64,000 nt of DNA from NCBI RefSeq assembly GCF_037042905.1, contig NC_087254.1, positions 11,284,001 to 11,348,000 on the forward strand, read 5' to 3'. How positions within the stretch are numbered: the first letter of the stretch is position 1; every line of letters begins with the position of its first letter. The notes under the pieces are model-generated. The model made no database searches. It worked only from the letters and a program-made list of their open reading frames with translations, and was not told the origin of the DNA. The position numbers and the translations under genes are program-made. This document shows, piece after piece, positions 43,501-54,900 of the stretch. Source of the stretch: Lytechinus pictus. Taxonomy: Eukaryota.

Positions 43501-46500
43501 ATTCTGACCTGTTAAAAGAAAGGGAGTGGAGATTGAGAGAAAGAGAGAGAGAGAGAGGGGGGGAAGAACGGGGGGAGATAACAAGATACTTTAAATACTT
43601 ATCGACCGATCTCAACCAACGTGTAAACAAGCACTACAATACACAATTTAAAGTTGTGATATTCTTAATAAACTTTCACCATTGTTTACGATTTTCAAAT
43701 GAATAATGTTTAGGTGTAAATGAATATATACTGTATGTCGAGGTATGTACACTATACGGAGTATAATAATCTGTAAACATTATTTTAGTGGACTTACCAA
43801 CAGTGCAACGGTCCCCTGTAAAACATCCTTGACACTGACAGGTGAAGTCTGTACATGAACCATCGATTGCTGAACACTGTCCTCCATTCTGACAAGGAAA
43901 ACTACTACACGGATTCATCACTGAGAATGGAAAGACAGAAAGATCAATAATTATCATGGCATGAAACACGAATGAGATGGAGGAAAAAAGCTGTTTGTAA
44001 TAATAATAATAATAATAGGCATTTATATAGCGCCATCTATCTAGAAATATTCTATTCTGAGGCGCACAAGAAAAGAAAGAAAGTTTGGATGAGTGTCAAA
44101 GTGCCAATAACTAATACTGTTAGAAAAGGTAAGACTTCAGTTTAGATTTGTAGGTCTCCAGTGATGGTATCATTCTTAAATATAACGGCAAATTATTCCA
44201 GAGAGAAGGTGCTGAGGCAGAGAAAGCTCGCGCACCATGTGCTACACGTGTCTTGGGAGTCTTAAGAAGTTGCTGGTGTGATGATCTTAGGCTACGAGCT
44301 GGTGTATAAGGCATGACAAGGTCTTGTAGATATGTTGGTGCCAAACCATTTAACACTGTAAGTGACGAATGACATTGTGCATGACTAGTGACCCTTTATT
44401 GAGCTATATGACATAACCGTATATCCCTATGCAGCTGATATAATACTTATGAACATGTTTCAATTGAGCACAACGTCATGCTTAACTTTGCAAACAGCTT
44501 TATGAAACGCCCACCAGTCTCTTAAATAGGGCACAGACTGAGGTGTTTAATGTTATCATTTATGATCCCCACTTTGTGTATCCTCAGTAGTCATGGGGTC
44601 ACCCTTTCTGATTCAACATGCTAAGAAGTATATCCCAATTATAGGTAACAACTCAATTCTTATTTTCGTAGTAAGCTGGAAAATATCTTCCTCTGACTTC
44701 TAAATTACATCACTGCATCTGATAGGGACTGGATAGTCATAAATACTATTTAGTCAGAAAACTAGCCGATTCATCGATAGGAAACATGGATCGTAGGGGT
44801 GTTTTGGTCTAGTGGTTACAACTCTCATCTTTCAATCAGAGGGACGTGGGTTTGAATCCCAGCCATGGCGTGTTTTCCTTCAGCAAGAAATTTACCCACA
44901 TTGTGCTGCACTTGACCCAGGTGAGGTGAATGGGTACCAGGTAGGATTTATTCCCTGAATGCTTTAGCGCCTATACGATGGCTCAGCTACAGCCGCGGTA
45001 ATAATATGATCCCAAGTATCAAGTGCAGTATATGGAATTATAGTAGCTGCACTATATAAATGGAACATATTATTATTATTATTTATTTCAAAATATCAAA
45101 TAAGATTTTTTTTACAAATGATCAGGAATGACAGTGAATACTAACACGTGCTGCAGGTAGGTCCTACAAAACACCCAGTACACACACAGGATGTAGACGT
45201 GCAATCGGGTGACATCAGGCATGATCCCCCATTTCTACATGGGTTGTTTGTCTGGCACAGGTCAATTCCTAAAAGCACAATATCATAGAAAAAGATATGT
45301 AATTTTTCATTACAATTTTTGTACAATGTAGCTATCCAAATAGAAAAATGATGAGAAAAAGCATTTCATAGATAAGATAAGATTTTATCAAATGTTATCA
45401 ACCCGCAATCAGGAGTATGATATTCTCAACAAGAACCAATTTACAATGATGAGCATGTGTATAAAATTAATATATTTTCAATAATAAATATAAATTTTTC
45501 CATTGTGAAAATACATGTTGCAAAAGGTTAATAGAGCAACAACATTAACAAAACCCACTATAAACTAATTTTAAAGTTGTGTTAAGCACAATTGCATTGT
45601 AGAATGCGTATCGATGTTTAACCACTCTCCCACTTCTGGTAGTTTCATTCACTCTGGTAACTAAATTTTCTACATAAACAGATAAAAATTGTAAAAATAA
45701 CAAAAACCCCACAAAAACAATAACCGTTAGTCCAAGACATATCAGAATACAATAAAAACCACAATTCAGCAACATGACAGTTACTTTTGATAAGAGGAAT
45801 GCCAACAAGAATGGTTTACAAACATTGTCTAACATGTAAGTGGTAGTCGCATCTTCAAACTTGGAAATCATGAATATACCATATATTAATTTAAATTCAA
45901 AGTTAGAATTAGGCACTTACTCTGTGAACATGTATTTCCAATGAAGCACACATCACACTGACATACAAAGTCAGTGCATCCGATACCCTGTGGAATGCAG
46001 ATCCCATTGTTCTGACATGGGTTGGGATTCTGGCATTGGTTTATACCTAGTGATATAAAAAAGATCATTATATAGTTCAGGAATAATAAAGGTTTGACCT
46101 CAAATTTGAAGTCAATGACCTGAAAGTCATCTGAGTTCAATCTCCCTACCTCTTGATCTTAAAGTTAAGGTTATTACAACGGCTATTGCTGGTAAATGTT
46201 TAATGCCTTAGTAATATTTCTTTAATTATAACAATCAGGACAGTCACTTTATGACTATTAATATTTTTTTTCAATCTCTCCATTTTAGATTTATGTAAAT
46301 TAGATATTGCTCTACTTATCAGATCTTTCTGAAAGTTTGGTAATTCATTTTTGGGACTAAACAGTAATGCAGTGCACAAAGAAAATTATATCACAAAGTT
46401 TTAGGGGTTCACCCACAAAATCAGTCATTTTCCTTGACTACTGTAAGTTATTACAATTCTTGAAACATTTTACAGCATATTGATGAATTATATTAAAATA

Positions 46501-48869
46501 AAAAGAAAGGCGAGACACAAAATCACACGAAGGCTTTGGCACACTAAAACTATTCTCTTAATCAATGACAACATTAATGCAGGAATCAGTTTTCTCCCTT
46601 TTTTAGCTCTTAAGGCATTCCCTTCATTTCTCTCAATTTTTAGATCTGAAATGGACTACTCAATAAAAGTAAATTAGACTATTTAAACAAAAAATTGGAA
46701 TAAGTTTCCCAAATCTCTAACCAAAAACGGTTATCAATATTTAACTCCCCAGCATTCAGCATATACTGTATTATATGATGTATCTGTAGATTCCCTCCAA
46801 GAGTCCACTCTAACATTTTAAAAGACCTTTGCAAGTTCATGAAAGTAAAAATAAATGTTCACAATTGTCACTTGGCCAAAGACATCTCTAAACCGCACTA
46901 CACAACATTCTCAATCTCTCTAAATCCATCGTCACCCCCAAACCATCACAATAGATGACACATATTTTGGGGAGGCCTTTCTTGTGTTTCAGATCTCCGC
47001 GAACCCCTTTTAATCACTGGTCTCAATCAAGACTCGGCTGCATCACACAAATACAGATGCAAAATGAAATGCATTAATGATATATTTCATATACACCTTC
47101 AAAATAACGAAATTGTTAAATTACTTACGGCTTGAACAGGTTAAGCCAGTGAAGCAGGGTGGGCAGTCACAGATAGTTGAGGTACACTGACCATTGGTAA
47201 AACAGGTCCCACCATTCAGACATGGGTTACTAGTAGAACACAAATTATTACCTAATGTGCAAAAAAAACATCGGAACGTTTGTATGGCATATCAAAATTT
47301 TGAATTTTTATCACTCAGATTCAATAACAGTACAGCAATTCATTGTTCTTGAACTCTACTAAAATCATTGTTCCCGCCTCTGTACTACTCAAGTTGTGAT
47401 ATATCCTCGCTTACCATATACATTTCTCATTCACACAATACACTTGTAACATGTAAAGAAATGAGTTTCTTATTGACTTTATGGTACATGAGAAAGTGCA
47501 CAGTCTCCACCATCTAAATGATTCAGAAGAAAATGCCATAACAAAGAATGTTTGTTTACAAATCAGCAATTCGTGAAAATGGGAAAACATATCAGGCAAA
47601 TGAGGGCAGGTACACTAAAATTATCTGTACATGGATTCAAGATAAATCCAGATCAGTTGTGAATAGTGACCAAACTCTGAATTCAATTTCAATTCTAAAG
47701 ATTGATTTTTTAACTCTAAAAGTACATTTAGATTAAAATACTCACAGATTTAATCCTAATCCAGAGGTCGACTGGTTACTATTCACATCTGATCCAGATT
47801 TAATTAAAATCCATGTAATTCAGTGTTTATCAGTTGAAAACTTATCTCACTCATTAATCCTCCTGTACGAAAAGGTACAAAGATCTATCGCCTAGCATAT
47901 AAAATACACAAGGGTGACAGGCTATTTTGCCCTCATGACAGCCCAAATCACCTCTTATATTCCCCAAATTTCTGTTTCTGTTTATGGTAATTCGTGTAGG
48001 AACTCGGCAGGACAGCGTTTTGCTGGTAAATGCCAAGCTGGCATATAACCAATTACCTACAAAACATTTTACGTCTAGGTTAATTAGTCATAGTGGCTGA
48101 TGTTATAGATGACAGATATCACTCTCGGGCCTTTTTATCAAAGTGGAGACAATGGCAGAGTTGGGATTTGAACTCACAACCTTGCGATTATGAGTCCAAT
48201 GCTCTAACCACTGGACCACATGACCTGTGTGGTCCAGTGAATGCTTTGGGTGACCATTTTTTTTAGAGTTGCCAAAAATCTGCCACAAAGTCAAGAATGG
48301 TTTAAGAAATCAATATTCTACAATACACATACACTAGAATTTTTTTCAGAGTTGCCAAAAATCTGCCACAAAGTCAAGAATGGTTTAAGAAATCAATAAT
48401 CGACAATACACATACACTAGAATCATGAAATTCGCATCTAAGCCTACCATATCACTGCTTAATGCACAAAGGGTATCCCTAGAAATGTAAGAGAGAGCCC
48501 CCCAAAATTTAGCAATTGCAACAATGTGATATTAATAATGGCCCCCAAATTATTTGCTAGTCTGCTGTCACCCTTACCTATCTCGCATCTGTTACCATTG
48601 TAGCACGGAGTACAGCTACAAGTGAAGGTGTTTGACTGGAAGTTAGGGGTACAGGTCCCTCCATTCAGACAAGGACCCCATCCACATGGATCAGTTGCTG
48701 GAGGAAAAACAAAATTTCATTTTACATTTTGAAAATAATTCATATAAATATATCATCTTTTTTGTCAATTCCATTTGTTATATAATAGATCAACAGGATG
48801 TCATATATACTTTATGGATGTCCCTGCACAATTGTTTCCAACCCCTCCTTACCCTTTTACCTATCTATC

Positions 48870-48900
<31 letters not shown>

Positions 48901-51900
48901 TTTTTCTATCTATCTATCATTGTACATTTCACAATTTGCCAACATAATAATAATAATAGCCAATTTTTATAAAGCGCTTTTCCCTGAATGGCTCAAAGCG
49001 CGTTACAGCATATTATTACCCCGGTCATTGGATTCATTTCAATCCCGCACGAAAAGTGCACAATTTCCACTCCCTGGGGAGCATTCCTTGCATTCATCGC
49101 AGCCTCATTATGGCGCTGGCAAAATCAAACATACAATATCTTTTGCATCCTACCGGGTACCCATTTAGCACCTGGGTCAAGAGTGGCAAAGTGTGGATTA
49201 ACGCCTTGCCAAAGGACGCTAGACCGCGGTGGGATTCGAACACACGACCCTCTGTTTACAAGGCGAGAGTCAGAACCACTACACCACGGCTCTTCTTATG
49301 GTAACCTCTTTAAAATCAGAACAAATGGATGAAGATACATGTATATAGTAATAGTAGATATGTAAACATATAAAATTCATAGGAAACTTGATTTCATTTT
49401 ATCTCCAAAGGTAGAGATGGTACACATCTGCAACTGCCTGAAGGTTATAAGGAACTTCATCGGTTACACAGCAATGATAGCACAAAGATGTGGCAAATGT
49501 GGACATATACGTCATAAATGAAATGTCCTTTGAACTACTATTAAGTCTGCATGTGTCTCAATAAAATCAAATTATCAATTCAATTCAATTCAAGTCAACA
49601 ATACCTTTATTCAAATCAGATCTCTCAATACAAACAGGAGTACAGTTACAGAATACAGGTATATAGTACCATGTAACTTCTCAGGTTTTATCCTTCTTAT
49701 TCGATCATATTGTATCATAAATGTGTAGTTCAATATGTGTAGTTAAAAAATGTCGGTTGAAATAACTTTGATAGAAAAACATAACAATGAACAAAAGAAA
49801 TACTAACATACAATAATTACAACAGAATTAAAAAGAACTATTGACTTCTTACTTGCTGTCCACTGTAGCTGCCATCCATTGGCAGAACCTGTAGCATCCG
49901 ACCTGAAAAGCATCCAGACCGTATCAGTGTTCAAACTGAACGCATTGGGCACCACACTCCCACTGAACTGATGCAAGATGCCATCGACGGGTTGGAAACT
50001 CGTGGGAACAGTGAGTCCGATCCCGACGTAAAGCTTGTCATCGACGTCGATGCTGAAGGTGACCTGGAATGACAACCTGATCGACGTCGCGGTTTGGATG
50101 TAGAGCTGGTACATTTGGGAGAAGCCATTGGGGTAGTTGTTGGGGAAGGCAGGGGAGGAAAAGAATGTGAGCTGACAGGTGGATGAAGGGTACCCAAAAC
50201 ATCTGTTTGCGGCATTGAAAGAACCTAAATAAAGACAAGACCAAATATTGATTCATTGTTACATGAATTTCTGTAAATATTATCAAGATTACTCAAAGTC
50301 AAAACTTATGAAATCGGCTTACCCTTTATACAGTCATAACCCTCCATTGCTAAAATCACTATAGAAAGCACATCTACTTTTTTTTCCTTCTCTAACTCGT
50401 CTTCTTTTTCTTCTCCTTTTCCTTCATATTTCCTTTTCCCGTAATTCCTTACTTAATTATTAGCATTACGTTCAATATCATCATTGTCACATCACAACCA
50501 CCATCAATCATCACCAGCATTATCATAATCATCATCATCAGTATCATGATGATCATGATCATTGTAACCATGCAATTCACTATCATGACCAATGGCATCT
50601 TGGCTTATATCACCATGAATATCATGATCATAATAATCATCACCACCATCGTCAACACCAACACCATCATCACCTATTCTCTATCAATATGACCAATACC
50701 ATCTTTGCTGCAATCATCATATAACATCAACACTATCATTGTCATCACCATCATCACCATTATCATCACTATCATCACGCTTATCATCACCATCATCACA
50801 ATCATCACCATCATCTTCATTAACATCCTCACCATCATTAGCAGCAGCATCATGATCATCATCACCATCATCATCAGTACCACATCATCAGTACCATATT
50901 ATCATTATCATCATCATCATCATCACCACCATCACCATCATCATCATCGTCATCGATCAGCATTTACTATTGACCATCACCACCAGCACTACTACCGGGC
51001 CATTGACTCACCGATTACCACACAGTGGAGTCGGCCGCCATTTCATTTCATTTTTCATTTCATTTATTTAGTCCAAATTCTCATTAAAAAACATACAACA
51101 TACAAATCAAAGAATACACTATATACAAATAAAGATACAAAAATAGAAATACATTTAACAAGAGAATATTCTCGTTCTCGTTCAAAAATACGTTAACGAG
51201 TACGAGTCCATGCACACGTAATCCAGACGGCCAGCTGAGAGCCGCTGGGACGTTAACAGACGTCGCTGGGAGCGATGTTCGGGCTGCCCCCGGGGGCGGG
51301 CTGCCGCATTTGTAACTAGCTCAACACTGAAAAACTTACCAAGTTAAATGCATAAAATCAGTCTCTCTTTGCATTACATAACATCTCCTTCTTCTTGCAA
51401 TGAACACCAATCGCATAAATACTTTCATACTCCTTTTTATCACGCTGATATCATTAATTCCATAATAATATAGGCCACTACTAGTACTACATAAATCAAA
51501 TTTTAACAACCGATTTAGTTCTTTCTTACCAGTAAACGACGGGAAACCAAATAACAAGAAATGTTTATCGGAAAACCTGCCACAAACCACTCATCCTACG
51601 AACGAGGTTATAATACGACCCTCTTATCGTCAGCATCATTTGTTTTGCACTCGTCGTCAACTCCATCTTCAAGGTCGCCAAGCGTCATCATTGTCACCAT
51701 AAACCATCAAATGTATTACTTATTAGTATCTGTCATCGTCATGTGACGCCATCATCAAAATCAAAATCATTATCATCGTCGACATTATCATCACCTTCAT
51801 TTCCATCACCATGCATCAACAACTTTCATCAGAATCATCATCACAATCGAGGCATCGTCATAGCATCACATCCATAGGCGGATCCAGGGGGCCCGAGTGG

Positions 51901-54900
51901 CTCGGGCCCCCTTATTGGCGGAGCAAAAAAAAAGAAAAAAGGGGGGAAAAAGAAAAGAAAAAAAGGGAAAAGAGAAGGGGAAACATAAGAGGAGGAAGAC
52001 GAGCTAATATAATAAGATGAGGGGAAGACTTGGAAAATAATTTTAAAATCTTCCATGTCGGGATATATAATTTTCGCTCGGAGCTTAAAATATAAAATTT
52101 TGAAGTAAATATACAAAACATATTTCAGCTCGGAAATTGAACTTTCATTATTTTGTTTGATTTACAGATTTATTTTTAAAAAGTGCTCTGTAAAAATTTA
52201 TGTTTTATGATCTGAATATTAACATTTTCTGCTTGCGCTGCGCGCTCGCAAAACTTTATTTGTAAGGTACCTATTATTCTCCTGTATTCCATAAAGTTAT
52301 TAAAATGTCCCTATGCAGGTCAGATTGTCAAAACGTATCAGCTAGCGCTTCACGCTCGCATTTTGATTGGTGAGTTATGTATAATTCTAAAACAAACTAT
52401 TTAAAATCCCCATTTGATGACAGTTTATCAAAACTTTCGGCTCGCGATTTCCGCTCGCATTGATTGTTGAAAAATATTAACTCATGCATCTTATTCATAA
52501 TTACAAAAGTGCTTTAAATGTCCAGTTTTCAGGCCATAAAATTAACAGACTTCGCGCTCTCATGCTTAGGAAGAGAAATAGGAAGATATAGTCATCATTT
52601 TTATATGATGACACAATTTCCTGATAAAATGTCCCGGTCCTATGTCAAAACTCAAAGTAACAATAATGAAACATATCAGCTCTTTTTTAACTGTGATCCA
52701 TATCCACCTCACAATTTTCCAACAAAGTGCTTGAAATACAGAGCCTTTTTCAGATCGGAATATCATATATTTTTAGCTCGCGCTTTGCGCTCGCTTTATT
52801 GATTTTCAACTTAAGAAAGGTATTTAGACTGATACCCAAATTCTAGGTAGAAATCTGAAATACGCGTTTATTCAGATACACAGGTTGTTCTCTATTCAAA
52901 TCATTATCCAGTTTCAGATCACACTATCAAAAATTGTCTGTTCGCGCTTTGCGCTTGCATTATTAATATGGGAAAATTTCCAATTACTCATCCATTTTAT
53001 GATTAATAAAATATGAATAGAGTGTCCAGAATTTTTTCGCTCGCGCTTCGCGCTCACATCAATTGTTTGGTTATATACTCATCCTTTCCACGATTACAAA
53101 AAGTGCTTATCATTTCCATTCTTCAGGTAGAAATGTCAACATTTTCAGCTCGCGCTTCGCGCCCGCATTATTTGATAGTTAAAATAAACGTCTTCACGGC
53201 TTACAAGCAGCTGTTAACAGATTCTTTTTTGATCAGATCAAAACGTATATTAAAATAAATAAAAAAATTCTGCTCGCACTTTGCGCTCGCATTATTAATG
53301 TAAGATGATTTCCAATTATTCATCCTTTTCATGATTTACAAATCATGAATAGCTGATGTCCAATTTTAAGGTTTGGATCTCGAATTTCATGGCTAACAAA
53401 CTGCCGTTAACAGATCCTTTTTTTTTGGTGATTGATTGATTGGTGGGGATTTTTTACCTGATTGCTAAGAAAGCATGAATGCTTGTAAGCAAGCAACCAG
53501 AGGACCGACGGCTTAAGGTCCTCTCCGAAGGACCTGGTAATGAGGATTAATGCCTTACCTAAGGGCACTAGCGCACCAAGTGGGAATCGAACCCGGGTCA
53601 CCGGAATACGAATCCCCCGCTCTACCGACTGAGCTATCGCGCCTTCAGATCAAAACGTATATTAAAAATTTATGCTCGAGCTTCGCGCTCGTAGCAATTA
53701 TTTAGTTGGATACACATCTTGTTTAGGATCATAAACATTGCCCAAAATGTTTGAATATTAAGACAAAATACATAAAATAAACAAAAAGCTCGCACTTCGC
53801 GCTCGCACTTTTTAAAAAGGCTTATANNNNNNNNNNNNNNNNNNNNNNNNNNNNNNNNNNNNNNNNNNNNNNNNNNNNNNNNNNNNNNNNNNNNNNNNNN
53901 NNNNNNNNNNNNNNNNNNNNNNNNNNNNNNNNNNNNNNNNNNNNNNNNNNNNNNNNNNNNNNNNNNNNNNNNNNNNNTAGGACTACGTACCCCTTCAAAG
54001 AAATAAACAAAAATTAACTTCGAGCTGCCGATCGGGGAAAATATGGCTGAAAAAAAAATCCGCTCCCCCCCCCCCTATTGGCGAAGGCTGGATCCGCCCC
54101 TGCTATTAGGACTACCCCTTCAAAGAAACAAACAAAAATTAAAACTTCGAGCGGCCGATCGGGGAAAATGTGGCTGACAAAAATATTCATCATCAATATC
54201 AACGTTAACATTATCGACATCCTTGATCATCATCATCATCAACAACAACAACATCACCACCGTCATCGCCGTTGTCATATACCATCATCATAATCATCAT
54301 ATGCTCACGACAACTACTACAATCCATTGACTCACCTACTTCCATGCAGTCGAATCCCATTCTATTAGTATTAAAACATTGACAAGCGAAGTTAGGAGTC
54401 CTTCCCGGTCTTTCGTAGCAGAACCCCAATCCACTGCAGGGATTGGAAGTACACGCTGTTTAAACATAAACGGGGAAAGATTTAATATAATTGATTTATT
54501 AAATACAAGATTTATTAAATAGTTGCAGTTTATCCCTTTCGTAGCCGCGGAACGATTTTCAAATTGGGGGGGGGGGGGCTGACCATGCAAATAAATCACA
54601 ATCATATGGTCATTTTTACGTTTTTGTACACGGTTTTGGAAAAAAGTGGGGGGCTGAAGCCCCCCCCCCCCCCTCCGCTCCGCGGCCCCTTCAAGTAGCT
54701 GACAATGATTGTTAGGTAAAGGAAAAAAAAATTCAGACGATATACTCGTTTATTTAGCACTAACTTCAAATCTTCTCAACAATTACTTGATCTAAAAAAA
54801 TCAAACAAGCATTACACTTATTTTTTAAATCAAGATCAGAAGTCAACATTTCAAATTTTCCACAAGTTTTTCATTTTTCCATTTTTTTTTCAAGACTTGA

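Larger units (their letters stand above)
51873..54102. mobile_element. Non-autonomous DNA transposon (hAT-like termini) with dispersed gctcgcgcttcgcgctcgc motifs; spans the gap
   Basis: Ends cataggcggatccag / ctggatccgcccctg; motif recurs more than 10 times; no target duplication seen. Confidence 0.62.

Noticed and set aside
4456-48697. Laminin-type (LE) or TB 8-Cys domains
   Set aside because: The modules are only 39-43 aa, the extra cysteines fall inside the EGF frame rather than after C6, and there is no CCC motif.
50674-51196. Poly-His / Ile-Thr or Met-rich protein
   Set aside because: These are translations of a degenerate (CAT)n microsatellite in an intron.
53575-53643. tRNA gene (also near 35809, 44796 and 49230)
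   Set aside because: The tRNA-like heads continue into SINE bodies and simple-repeat tails, with no complete acceptor stem.
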